From NCBI GenBank assembly GCA_000434035.1, contig FR893524.1, positions 146,290-190,645 on the forward strand: a stretch of 44,356 bases of DNA, in the 5' to 3' direction. The DNA comes from Clostridium sp. CAG:452 (lineage in GTDB: Bacteria > Bacillota > Clostridia > TANB77 > CAG-508). Under the pieces are notes generated by a model. It made no database searches, was not told where the DNA came from, and was given only the letters and a program-made list of their open reading frames with translations. Positions 11,345 through 20,017 of this stretch are shown here, piece after piece. The position numbers were made by a program, and so were the translations under genes. Numbering within the stretch: position 1 is the stretch's first letter; the number at the start of each line of letters is the position of its first letter.

Positions 11345-12082
11345 ATGGATGAAAATATTAAATTAGAAGATGAAGAATTATTATTTGTCGGTATTAACCC
11401 AGAACCAAGAATTAAAGTGTTAAATGATATGGGAATTTTTACAGTACAAGATTTTTTAGATGTTGATGAAACAGTCTTATCAGAATTAAAAAATAATGGT
11501 AATACTAAAAATCCTTTTATAGTTTATCAACAAATATTAAAATATAAATATCGTGAACAAAAAATGGACAGAGATATATATCTTGATAGAGAATATCGCA
11601 AAATTCCTAATGTTTATTCAGTTTTAACAAGTGCACCAAGTGATTCTAAGAAATCTGTTTTAGAAGATGAAAATATTTATTTTGCATTGAAAGATTTAGG
11701 CCTTTTTGATAGGGCTAAAGGGAGAGGCAGATACTTTGATAAACTTTATGATTACGACCAAATTTCAATGATGGATGCTATAAAGCTAATATCACAAGAA
11801 GTTCCTAAATATAAAAAATTATGTGATTTTTATATCGAATATTATGAAAAAGAAATTAAAAAAAGCACTGAATTAACTTCTGAAGATAAAACACCAGAAG
11901 AATTAGAAAATATGTCAGGGGAAGAATTACAACAAATAATTGCCAATAATGACCAAACAATTGAAGAAAATAATGTGGCTATAAAGAAAGCATTAGTACA
12001 AAGAATACTTGCTCAACAAAAAACTATATCTGAACAACAATCAGAAATAGATAAATTAAGTAGTCAAAAGAAAGAACTATAA
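11345..12082 (+). CDS. hypothetical protein; N-terminal helix-hairpin-helix-like segment and C-terminal coiled-coil module shared with the next gene
   Basis: RBS AAGGAGG upstream. The C-terminal 60 aa (EELENMSGEELQQIIANNDQTIEENN..) is paralogous to the C-terminus of 12150-13223. Confidence 0.65.
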   Translation: MDENIKLEDEELLFVGINPEPRIKVLNDMGIFTVQDFLDVDETVLSELKNNGNTKNPFIVYQQILKYKYREQKMDRDIYLDREYRKIPNVYSVLTSAPSDSKKSVLEDENIYFALKDLGLFDRAKGRGRYFDKLYDYDQISMMDAIKLISQEVPKYKKLCDFYIEYYEKEIKKSTELTSEDKTPEELENMSGEELQQIIANNDQTIEENNVAIKKALVQRILAQQKTISEQQSEIDKLSSQKKEL

Positions 12083-12149
12083 AATAATATCATACAAATA
12101 AAATATTTTTACTAAAATAACAAAATTATTTAGTAGAGGAGGCAAAAAC

Positions 12150-13223
12150 TTGGAAGATAAAAGATTTAAAACTTTAGATGAATATGATGATGAACTTGAT
12201 AAAATTTATGAAGATGAAGGTACTTATATTGACATTTTAGATTTCCTTAGAGAAAAAAAACAAGAAGCAATAGAAACAGGAGACCAGATGTTGAGTGATC
12301 ATATTGAAACAATATACAAAGAGGCATATGAAAGAAGAAAGGAAATGCAAAGGATAGCAGAAGAGAGACACTACCAATATGATTCAAATGGTTTTAATTA
12401 TTATGGAATTCATAGAGACACTGGTACTGAGTACGATGAGCAGGGATATGATAGAAATGGTTTTGACGATTGTGGAAAACATAAAATTACGGGTGATTTC
12501 TATGATGAACAGGGATACAATAACAGAGGTTTTAATGAAGATGGCTGGGATAGAGATGGAATATATAAAGCAACAGGAACTATATATGATTTTAATGGAT
12601 ATAAGGTAGATGGGTACAATGAAGAAGGATATGATAGAGAAGGCTTTGACAAAGAAGGAATTCATAAAGATACAAAAACCATGTATAATGAAGATGGTTG
12701 GACTAAAAAAGGAATAAATAAAAACACGGGTACCAAATATAACGAACAGGGATATGATAAAGATGGATATGATGAACAAGGATTTAATGAGAAAGGATGG
12801 AACAGAGAAGGAATAAACAAAGCAACAGGTACTGAATATGATGAACATGGTTACGACAGATGGAGACGTGATTCTTGGGGATATACCATAAGTGGTTATG
12901 ATGAAGATGGATATAATAGAGATGGTTATAACAGCTGGGGTGAAAATCGTAATGGTGAATATAATGAGTATTACGATGAGAGACTTAAAAGTTCACCAAT
13001 TGATGAAACACCAAATAGAACTAAAGAACCAGAAGAATTAGAAACTATGTCAGAAGATGAATTACAACAACTAATTGCCAATAATGACCAAACAATTGAA
13101 GAAAATAATACAGCAATAAAAAAGAAAAAGGCATTAATAGAAAAGGTTCTTGCTCAACAAGAAACTATAGCTGAACAGGAAACAGAAATAAATAGATTAA
13201 ATATACAAAAGAAGGAGTTATAA
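12150..13223 (+). CDS. hypothetical repeat protein (tandem G[YFW][DN]xxG octads) with the shared C-terminal coiled-coil module
   Basis: TTG start 7 nt after AGAGGAGG. The central ~190 aa is built of xGYDxxGx octads punctuated by G(I/K)xKxTGTxY; no signal peptide. Confidence 0.65.
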   Translation: MEDKRFKTLDEYDDELDKIYEDEGTYIDILDFLREKKQEAIETGDQMLSDHIETIYKEAYERRKEMQRIAEERHYQYDSNGFNYYGIHRDTGTEYDEQGYDRNGFDDCGKHKITGDFYDEQGYNNRGFNEDGWDRDGIYKATGTIYDFNGYKVDGYNEEGYDREGFDKEGIHKDTKTMYNEDGWTKKGINKNTGTKYNEQGYDKDGYDEQGFNEKGWNREGINKATGTEYDEHGYDRWRRDSWGYTISGYDEDGYNRDGYNSWGENRNGEYNEYYDERLKSSPIDETPNRTKEPEELETMSEDELQQLIANNDQTIEENNTAIKKKKALIEKVLAQQETIAEQETEINRLNIQKKEL

Positions 13224-13225
13224 AA

Positions 13226-13585
13226 ATGAATAATAACGGATTAATAGAATATAAAGAAAGTTTTATAACGAAAATAAGAAAATTCTTTAAAAGAATATTT
13301 GGTAAAAAAGATAATCAAGATAGTAGCATACAAGAGCAAATTAATGTAAATATTAGTGAATCTGTTAACGAAGAAAAGAAAGATAGCTTTAAAACTGAAT
13401 TAATTGTGGATGATAAAAACATAAATAATATAATAGAAAAAAAGAATTTCTTACAAGAAATAGAAGGTAATGAAGAAAAGCTAAATATGCTATCAATAGA
13501 TAGATTGCAAAAATTAGAAAAGTATTATGATAATATTATTGCTGAAAATGATAAAAAAATAAAAAAACTAAAAGCTAGTGCATAA
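13226..13585 (+). CDS. hypothetical protein, third member of the cluster (weaker copy of the C-terminal motif)
   Basis: ATG lies 2 nt after the upstream stop, with RBS AAGGAG inside the end of the upstream gene. LSIDRLQKLEKYYDNIIAENDKKIKKLK echoes MSxEELQQxIANNDQTIEENNxAIKK. Confidence 0.6.
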   Translation: MNNNGLIEYKESFITKIRKFFKRIFGKKDNQDSSIQEQINVNISESVNEEKKDSFKTELIVDDKNINNIIEKKNFLQEIEGNEEKLNMLSIDRLQKLEKYYDNIIAENDKKIKKLKASA

Positions 13586-13598
13586 TGCTTAATAAATC

Positions 13599-13628
13599 AA
13601 AAACTCTAGACTTATTCTAGAGTTTTAT
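13599..13628 (+). terminator. rho-independent terminator
   Basis: AAAACTCTAGA / TCTAGAGTTTT perfect 11-bp stem with a CTTAT loop. Confidence 0.8.
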
Positions 13629-13645
13629 TAAAAGGAGTAAAAAAT

Positions 13646-13913
13646 ATGGATTTAAGAGAATTGGAACAAGAAATAAATACCATCAAGCAAAGAAACAAAA
13701 GGGTAGAACTAGATAAAAAATGGGAAACAAGTGGAACAAGAAAAATTTGTATATGTATATTAACTTATATTGTAGTTGTTATATACTCATATATAGTAAA
13801 AAATTATGATAATATTTTTTTGAGTTCTTTAGTTCCTGTAATACGGATTTACATTATCTACTTTATCATTAAAATACATAAGGAAAATTTGGGAAAGAAA
13901 TATTAATAAATAG
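13646..13913 (+). CDS. small 2-TM membrane protein; C-terminus probably read after a +1 shift at CGG 13844-13846
   Basis: RBS AAAGGAG upstream. The 0 frame gives ..VPVI-RIYIIYFIIKIHKENLGKKY (stop 13904-13906). The +1 frame from GGA 13845 gives ..VPVI-GFTLSTLSLKYIRKIWERNINK (stop 13911-13913), which looks more protein-like. The choice between the frames is not proven. Confidence 0.5.
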
Positions 13914-14358
13914 TATTGTAAAATCATATTATTTATGATAGATTATATTTAAATAAAACAGACTGATATTTATATAAATAATAATAAGCTCCAAAAGTTG
14001 TAAATAACTTAAACAACGGAGCCAAAATAAAAAAATTACTAATGTAAAATATTGACAATAAATGCCTGCGAAAATATTGCTTTTATTTTTATGTTATGAT
14101 AATATTTGTGTGTAGTTTATTAACTAAAGAAAAAAGAGGAATGTTAGATTATTCAGATTTTCTAAAGGATCTTGAAGAAAGAAATAAACAATAAAAAATA
14201 TGTTAAAATAAATGTTGATATGTGACAATAAGCGTAAATTCAGGTGAGAATTTGCGCTTATTTTTTTATTATGACTAGTTGAATTTTAAGAAATTTAATG
14301 ATAAACTACTTAATAAAGAGCGAAAGCTCAAATTATTTATTACAGGAGGATAATAGGC

Positions 14359-14523
14359 ATGAAAGTAACTTTGGAAGATGGTCGGGAAATATTAACCATA
14401 AGAGCTGATGAGGAGGAAAAAAACCTCACAAAGGAAGAAGCTTTAGAAATAGTTAAAAAATATATTTCCAATCGAGAAAAAGAAAGAAAAGCTAAAAAAG
14501 CTTTAGAAAATGTGTTAAATTAA
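14359..14523 (+). CDS. hypothetical 54-aa protein (below the ORF-track cutoff)
   Basis: ATG 14359 preceded by ACAGGAGGA and followed by a strong terminator. MKVTLEDGREILTIRADEEEKNLTKEEALEIVKKYISNREKERKAKKALENVLN. Contains an in-frame CGG at 14383-14385. Confidence 0.45.
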   Translation: MKVTLEDGREILTIRADEEEKNLTKEEALEIVKKYISNREKERKAKKALENVLN

Positions 14524-14546
14524 TTGACAAAATCCAAAGCTAAAAA

Positions 14547-14584
14547 ACAAGGAAAGCACTTGAATAAGTGCTTTCCTTGTTTTT
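14547..14584 (+). terminator. rho-independent terminator
   Basis: ACAAGGAAAGCACT / AGTGCTTTCCTTGT 14-bp perfect stem plus TTTT. Confidence 0.85.
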
Positions 14585-14686
14585 GTTGAATAGGAATAAA
14601 TATTTAATACTTTTTTATTGCTTTTTAAATTTAATGTGATAAAATAAGTATGAAAAGTATAACAAATCATACAAGGAGGGTTTTTT

Positions 14687-14890
14687 ATGAATAAAGATAA
14701 ATATGTTGGAATTAGCAAAGTGGGAGAAAAAGGACAGATAGTTATTCCAAAAGAAGCAAGAGATATGTTTGATATAAAACCAGGAGATTCGGTAGTGGTT
14801 TTATGTGATAAGAAAAAAGGAATGGCAATAGTTAAAGCTAATGTGTTAGAAGAAAGTATTGATAAATTTATTCCGAAAGGAGACAAATAA
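14687..14890 (+). CDS. AbrB/MazE/SpoVT-family DNA-binding protein
   Basis: GQIVIPKEARDMFDIKPGDSVVVL is a typical SpoVT-AbrB swapped-hairpin motif; 67 aa; directly upstream of the ABC-2 exporter genes. Confidence 0.85.
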   Translation: MNKDKYVGISKVGEKGQIVIPKEARDMFDIKPGDSVVVLCDKKKGMAIVKANVLEESIDKFIPKGDK

Positions 14891-14891
14891 T

Positions 14892-15613
14892 ATGAATGCA
14901 ATTGAAATAAAAAAATTAACAAAAAAATTTAAAGACAAAGTTGCAGTAGATAATATTAACTTGGAAGTAAAAGAGGGAGAACTGTTTGCTTTATTAGGAA
15001 CTAATGGCGCTGGAAAAACTACAACAATAAAAATGATGTCAACATTAATAATGCCAACAGATGGAGAAATAAAGGTATTAGGATATGATACAAAAAAAGA
15101 CTATATGAAAATTAGAGAAAAATTAAATGTTTCACCACAAGAAACAGCAATTGCTCCTAATTTATCAGTTAAAGAAAACTTAGAATTTATGGCAGGAGTA
15201 TATAAAATTAAAGACAAAGATATAAAAATAAATGAACTAATAAAAATGTTTAAATTAGAGAAGTATTAAAGCAAAAAGCAAAAACATTATCAGGAGGATG
15301 GCAAAGAAAAGTTTCAATAGCAATAGCACTAATAAACAATCCACAAATATTATTTTTAGATGAACCTACTTTAGGACTAGATGTTATTGCAAGAAAAGAA
15401 TTATGGAAAATAATAGAAAGTTTAAAAGGAAAAGTTACTATAATACTAACAACACACTATATGGAAGAAGCAGAAAGCTTATCAGATAGAATTGCAATAA
15501 TGAATAAAGGAAATATAGTTCAAATAGGAACAGCAAAAGAACTTATAGAAAAAACAGGAGCAAAAAACTTTGAAGATGCTTTTGTAAAAATTGCTACTGG
15601 AGGTGAATTGTAA
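14892..15613 (+). pseudogene. ABC transporter ATP-binding protein interrupted by a single-base (-1 type) frameshift near 15254-15267
   Basis: ATG 14892 gives MNAIEIKKLTKKF..GTNGAGKTTT (Walker A) and stops at 15267-15269. The signature and Walker B (LSGGWQRKVSIAIAL..LFLDEPTLGLD) continue in another frame to TAA 15611-15613. There is no CGG at this junction. Confidence 0.75.
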
Positions 15614-16332
15614 TGAGAACATTGAATTTTGCCAAGAGAAATTTTAAAGAAATTATAAGAGATCCATTAAGCATTATTTTTGCAATAGTTTTGCCATTAT
15701 TTTTACTATTTATATTTCAACAATTTAAAATACCAAATGATGCATATAAACTAGAAAACTTCACACCAGGAATTATGATATTTAGTTTTTCATTTATTAC
15801 ACTTTTTACAGCTATGCTAATTTCAAAAGATAGAACAACATCACTGCTTACACGATTAGGAATAAGGCCGATGAAGCCAATAGAATATATATTAGGGTAT
15901 ATGATTTCATTTATACCGATCATTTTATTACAAGATATATTATTATTTATAATAGCAATATTTTTAGGATTACAATTTAGCATAAATATTATCTGGACAG
16001 TTTTAGCATCAATTATAATAGCAGTACTATTTATTGCAATGGGAATACTAATAGGAAGTTTAGTTTCAGATAAAGCAGCATCAGGAGTTTCAAGCATAAT
16101 AATTCAATTAGTATGCTTTACAAGTGGTATGTATTTTCCAAAAGAAATGTTAGGAGATACATATGCAAAAATCTGTGAGTTTTTACCATTTGACTCTGCA
16201 TTAACAATTACAAAAGGAATTTTAAATAATAATATAGAAACAATAACAACACAAAATATAATTGTATTTTGTATATATACAATTATAATACTAGCATTAG
16301 CAACAAGAATGTTTAGAAAAAATGAAAAGTGA
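15613..16332 (+). CDS. ABC-2 type transporter permease
   Basis: 239 aa with six predicted TM segments; ATGA start/stop overlap with the ATPase gene. Confidence 0.8.
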   Translation: MRTLNFAKRNFKEIIRDPLSIIFAIVLPLFLLFIFQQFKIPNDAYKLENFTPGIMIFSFSFITLFTAMLISKDRTTSLLTRLGIRPMKPIEYILGYMISFIPIILLQDILLFIIAIFLGLQFSINIIWTVLASIIIAVLFIAMGILIGSLVSDKAASGVSSIIIQLVCFTSGMYFPKEMLGDTYAKICEFLPFDSALTITKGILNNNIETITTQNIIVFCIYTIIILALATRMFRKNEK

Positions 16333-16380
16333 CAATAAATAGTATTGACATGAAGAAGAATGACATATAAAAAAATAGAT

Positions 16381-16442
16381 GTAGGGGCAGGCCCTGTGTC
16401 TGCAAAAAAAGCTGTATGAGTCGCCGTCCTAGACGACTCGCA
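16381..16442 (+). repeat. GC-rich hairpin element, family B, copy 2
   Basis: GTAGGGGCAGGCCC head. GAGTCGCCGTCCTAGACGACTCGCA (16418-16442) matches 44276-44300 at 21/25, including a compensatory stem change. Confidence 0.7.
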
Positions 16443-16479
16443 CTGCGAATAAATTAATAAAACAAAAGGAGAAACACAA

Positions 16480-16879
16480 ATGATAAACTGTGTAACCGTT
16501 GGGATCGTAGCACACACAAAAGCTAATCTAATAAAAAATGAAGGAATAAATATAGACGGTATTCCATCAATAATATGGGGAGAAAAAAGTAGTAAAGTCT
16601 TTATAGCAGTACATGGAAATATGTCTAATAAAGAAGATGAAGTTATAAAAATCCTAATATTGGGATTACTATAAATATGTTAAAGATAATCCTATAATTA
16701 ATCGGAATAAAAAAACATATATCTTATATGGAAATAAAGACAATATGCAAAACGAAGATATAATCAAAAACTTTTCAAATAAATTTAATTGCGATTTAAC
16801 TATACTAGAAAATGGAGAGCACTATTTTCATACGGAAGAACAGCTAAAATTTTACAAAGAATGGCTAGAGAAATTGTAA
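16480..16879 (+). pseudogene. alpha/beta-hydrolase remnant with internal deletion (nucleophile-elbow region missing) and frame change
   Basis: The N-terminal fragment (..IWGEKSSKVFIAVHGNMSNKEDEV) stops at 16672-16674. The C-terminal fragment (WDYYKYVKDNP..ILYGNKDNM..ENGEHYFHTEEQ..) runs in another frame to TAA 16877-16879. No GxSxG segment lies between them. Confidence 0.6.
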
Positions 16880-16952
16880 TTTATGTGAGGTGTAAAAAAT
16901 TTGTGATATTATAAAAATTAGAAAAATAGTAAGTTGTTAAGTAGGTGATGTA

Positions 16953-17696
16953 ATGAAAAAGTTGAATTCAAATCATTTAAAAGTAATAGCAATTATAGCA
17001 ATGACAATTGATCATATTGCAGATTTAATTTACCCAGGAATGCCTAATAATATAATCTCAAATATATTACATATAATTGGTAGACTAACTGCACCTATTA
17101 TGTTTTTCTTTATTTGTGAAGGTTTTTATTATACTAAAAACTTAAAAAAATATATTTTAAGATTATTTATTTTTGCAATAATATCTCATTTTGCATATTG
17201 CTTTGCCTTTGGAATAAATTATATGCCATTTAGTTCAGGAAATATTTTTAATCAAACAAGTATTATGTGGCCTCTTGCTTGGTCAGTAGTTGCTCTTTAT
17301 ATTATAAATTACAAAACTAATTTAAAAGAATGGCAAAAATGGTTACTAGTTATTTTAATAAACATTATAACTTTTTCATCTGATTGGAGTTGTATAGCAG
17401 TAATGGCAATTTTATCTATGTATTCCAATAGAGGCAATTTAAAAAAGCAAATTATAAGTATGAGTTTTTGGATTATAATTTATGCAGTTATTTCATATTT
17501 ATTTGTAAGTAAAACATATGGATTAATTACATTAGCAGTTATATTAGCATATCCATTATTAAATTTTTATAATGGAGAAAAAGGCAAACTAAACTGGATG
17601 AAATGGTTCTTTTACTTATATTATCCACTACATTTAGTCATTATAGGAATATTAAGAATAACAATATATGGAAATATACCATTATTATTTAATTGA
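16953..17696 (+). CDS. TraX-family membrane protein
   Basis: The N-terminal LKVIAIIAMTIDHIA and GRLTAPIMFFFICEG motifs are typical of the TraX family; multi-TM. Confidence 0.7.
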   Translation: MKKLNSNHLKVIAIIAMTIDHIADLIYPGMPNNIISNILHIIGRLTAPIMFFFICEGFYYTKNLKKYILRLFIFAIISHFAYCFAFGINYMPFSSGNIFNQTSIMWPLAWSVVALYIINYKTNLKEWQKWLLVILINIITFSSDWSCIAVMAILSMYSNRGNLKKQIISMSFWIIIYAVISYLFVSKTYGLITLAVILAYPLLNFYNGEKGKLNWMKWFFYLYYPLHLVIIGILRITIYGNIPLLFN

Positions 17697-18168
17697 TAAT
17701 GTAGATATTGTTTACAATTATAATAATACTATAAAAGAAAAAATGGATCACTTTATTAAAAAATTCCCAAGTAATATAGAATACTTTAATGTTAGAGATT
17801 TAGAATTAATAAATTACTGGGTAAACAATGTAGGAAAAAATGAAACTGAATCTTTAGATATGTTTTCAGGAGAACTAAAATCATATTTAAATTACAAAAA
17901 TATGGACTTTTATGTTGATAATAGAGCAGGAGAGAACAGTCCTTTCTATACATTAAGATTAGGTATAGCAGTATTTAAATATGACAATGTTATATACCAT
18001 ATAGATGATGCTCTAGGAACACAAGCAGAACGTGTAATTTATGTGCCAAGTGAAACAGGCAATACAAAAGAAGAACTAATGAGTGCTGCTCAAAAAAGAA
18101 TTGATGAATATTTAGGGAAAAAAGGAGTAGTTACAAGTGTATTAAAAAAGAAAAATAAAGTTAAATAG
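17668..18168 (+). CDS. hypothetical protein (start uncertain; possibly ATG 17743)
   Basis: Open frame with coding-like composition and a terminator hairpin at about 18181-18213. No family recognised. Confidence 0.4.
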   Translation: MEIYHYYLIDNVDIVYNYNNTIKEKMDHFIKKFPSNIEYFNVRDLELINYWVNNVGKNETESLDMFSGELKSYLNYKNMDFYVDNRAGENSPFYTLRLGIAVFKYDNVIYHIDDALGTQAERVIYVPSETGNTKEELMSAAQKRIDEYLGKKGVVTSVLKKKNKVK

Positions 18169-18318
18169 TATTAATAAAAAACAGATAGCTAGCATTGCTA
18201 ACTATCTGTTTTTGTGATATAAATCATATTAAGAATTAATTTATAAGGAGGTATTTTTGAGAAAATTAAGATTGGATCTCGTAGTAATCTAAAAGAAAGA
18301 TTATGAGGAGGTAAAAAA

Positions 18319-19061
18319 ATGAATATAGAAGATTATGGTTTTAAAAAAGAAAATTATATAATAAATGGAGCAGGAACACCTGCACGAATAATAACAACAT
18401 ATAGGGACAGATACGAAATTGTATGTAACAAAGGAAAGACATTTGCTAGACTAAAAAAAAGAAGCTATTATGATAATCCAAATTCAATATATCCTACAAT
18501 AGGAGATTTTGTTTTAATAGAATGGAATGACTTAGGTGATAGCTTAATTTTAGAAACACTAAAAAGAGAAAGCTCATTTTCAAGAGCTTCTGCTTCAGCA
18601 GATAGAAATCATGAGCTACATAAACAACATGAACAGCTAATTGCAGCAAATTTTGACTATGTATTTATAATGCAATCTTTAAATGATAATTTTAATATAA
18701 GAAGAACAGAGAATTACTAATGTTACCAAATGGAACAATGATAATTGATACACCAGGAATGAGAGAACTTGGAATGTGGGATTGTGAAGAAGGACTTGAT
18801 AAAACTTTTAAAGATGTAGAACAATTTTTGGGTACTTGTAAATTTTCAGACTGTACACATACAAATGAGCCAGGTTGCAGAATACTAGAAGCAATAAAAA
18901 ATGGAGAACTATCTCAAGAAAGATACAATTCTTATTTAAAATTAAAAAATGAAGCAAAATATAATAGTGACAGCGAAGCGTATTTAAAAGAAAAAAGAGA
19001 TAAATTCAAAGAAATTTCTAAAATAAACAAGAAAAATAAAAATATCGGTTTGGGGAAATAA
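18319..19061 (+). pseudogene. rsgA: ribosome small-subunit GTPase RsgA with the whole P-loop GTPase core deleted
   Basis: The N-terminal OB-fold part (..GDFVLIEW..QLIAANFDYVFIMQSLN.NFN.RR) stops at 18718-20. The C-terminal part (LPNGTMIIDTPGMRELG..CKFSDCTHTNEPGC zinc knuckle) is in another frame from 18720. NKxD and GxSGVGKS motifs are absent. Confidence 0.75.
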
Positions 19062-19064
19062 AAA

Positions 19065-19727
19065 ATGGAAAAAGCTAAAACAAACAAAATATTTGATCTA
19101 GGAATTGATTTTTCAAATAAGAAACCAATAGAAATAGCAAGAGATATATTTATATTTTTTATAACTTTTTGCATTTTTGGCTGGATATTTGAAGTACTTC
19201 TTTTTATAATAGAAGATCATATTATTGTGAACAGAGGAGTATTATTTGGACCATGGCTTCCAATATATGGGGTTGGAGGTATGGTAATTACATTACTATT
19301 TTTTAGAACAAAAAACAAACAAATAAGATTAAAAAGAATTAATATTAGGCCAGTAATTATATATTTAGAATCATGCATATTTGCAACAATGGTTGAGTTA
19401 GTATCTACATATATTATGGATTTTACTGGCGGAAATTTTAAAAATCTTTGGGATTATAGCAATGAATTTTTAAATTTTCAGGGACGAATTGCTTTAATAC
19501 CAGATTTAAAGTTTGGGTTTGCTGCACTATTTGCTATTTATATAGTACAACCTGTTTTAAAAAGTGTTATAGAAAGTAAAAAGCAAAAAACTCTTAATAT
19601 TTTTACAATTTGTATATTTATATTGTTCATAACAGATGTTATCGCAAGAATATGGCTAGGAAATAATTTTATAAGAGAACAAAATGGATTAGAATTGCCC
19701 TTTGGTCTTGCCAATATAAAGCATTAA
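19065..19727 (+). CDS. multi-TM membrane protein of the 'putative ABC-transporter type IV' (DUF1113-like) family
   Basis: FGWIFEVL...NRGVLFGPWLPIYGVGG pattern recalled from that family; 220 aa. Confidence 0.55.
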   Translation: MEKAKTNKIFDLGIDFSNKKPIEIARDIFIFFITFCIFGWIFEVLLFIIEDHIIVNRGVLFGPWLPIYGVGGMVITLLFFRTKNKQIRLKRINIRPVIIYLESCIFATMVELVSTYIMDFTGGNFKNLWDYSNEFLNFQGRIALIPDLKFGFAALFAIYIVQPVLKSVIESKKQKTLNIFTICIFILFITDVIARIWLGNNFIREQNGLELPFGLANIKH

Positions 19728-20017
19728 AAAGAAGGTGATTTAAAAGAAACAATTAAAAACAGGAACATTTCTAATAATTTTAGGTAATATATTATATTTA
19801 GAAAAAATAATATAAACTTTTAAGTAAAACTTGATTAAATAATACAAAGAACATATAATAGTATTGCTTTAATAATTATAGATGATATTGATGGAAATTT
19901 GCAATGTATAAAATCTATTAATATTATAGAGATTTATACTAAAAGCAATTTACATATATTTAAAAAATGAATATTTAGACTTAAATATCGTTTTATTTAC
20001 ATTAAGGGGTTATAGAA

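Noticed and set aside
12379-12848. ORFs 12379-12609 (+) and 12384-12848 (-) inside the repeat protein gene
   Set aside because: They are alternative-frame and antisense products of the periodic GGxTAxGAT DNA repeat and give low-complexity Ile/Phe/Ser-rich translations with no RBS.
11100-14600. Active prophage or integrative element downstream of tRNA-Gln
   Set aside because: The window contains no integrase, recombinase, phage structural gene or distal att copy. I report only a scar plus orphan genes.
15240-15270. Possible programmed -1 slippery site (TTTAAAT) at the ABC ATPase frameshift
   Set aside because: The heptamer is not in the X_XXY_YYZ phase relative to the 0 frame. The target frame also has a stop (TAA 15251-15253) overlapping it, so the shift must occur downstream, where no slippery sequence or CGG exists. 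An ordinary indel is the better explanation.
19728-20017. Lysine riboswitch (L-box) or T-box upstream of lysC
   Set aside because: The leader is almost pure AT with none of the conserved GC-containing L-box or T-box core segments I can recall. This cannot be excluded without a covariance-model search.
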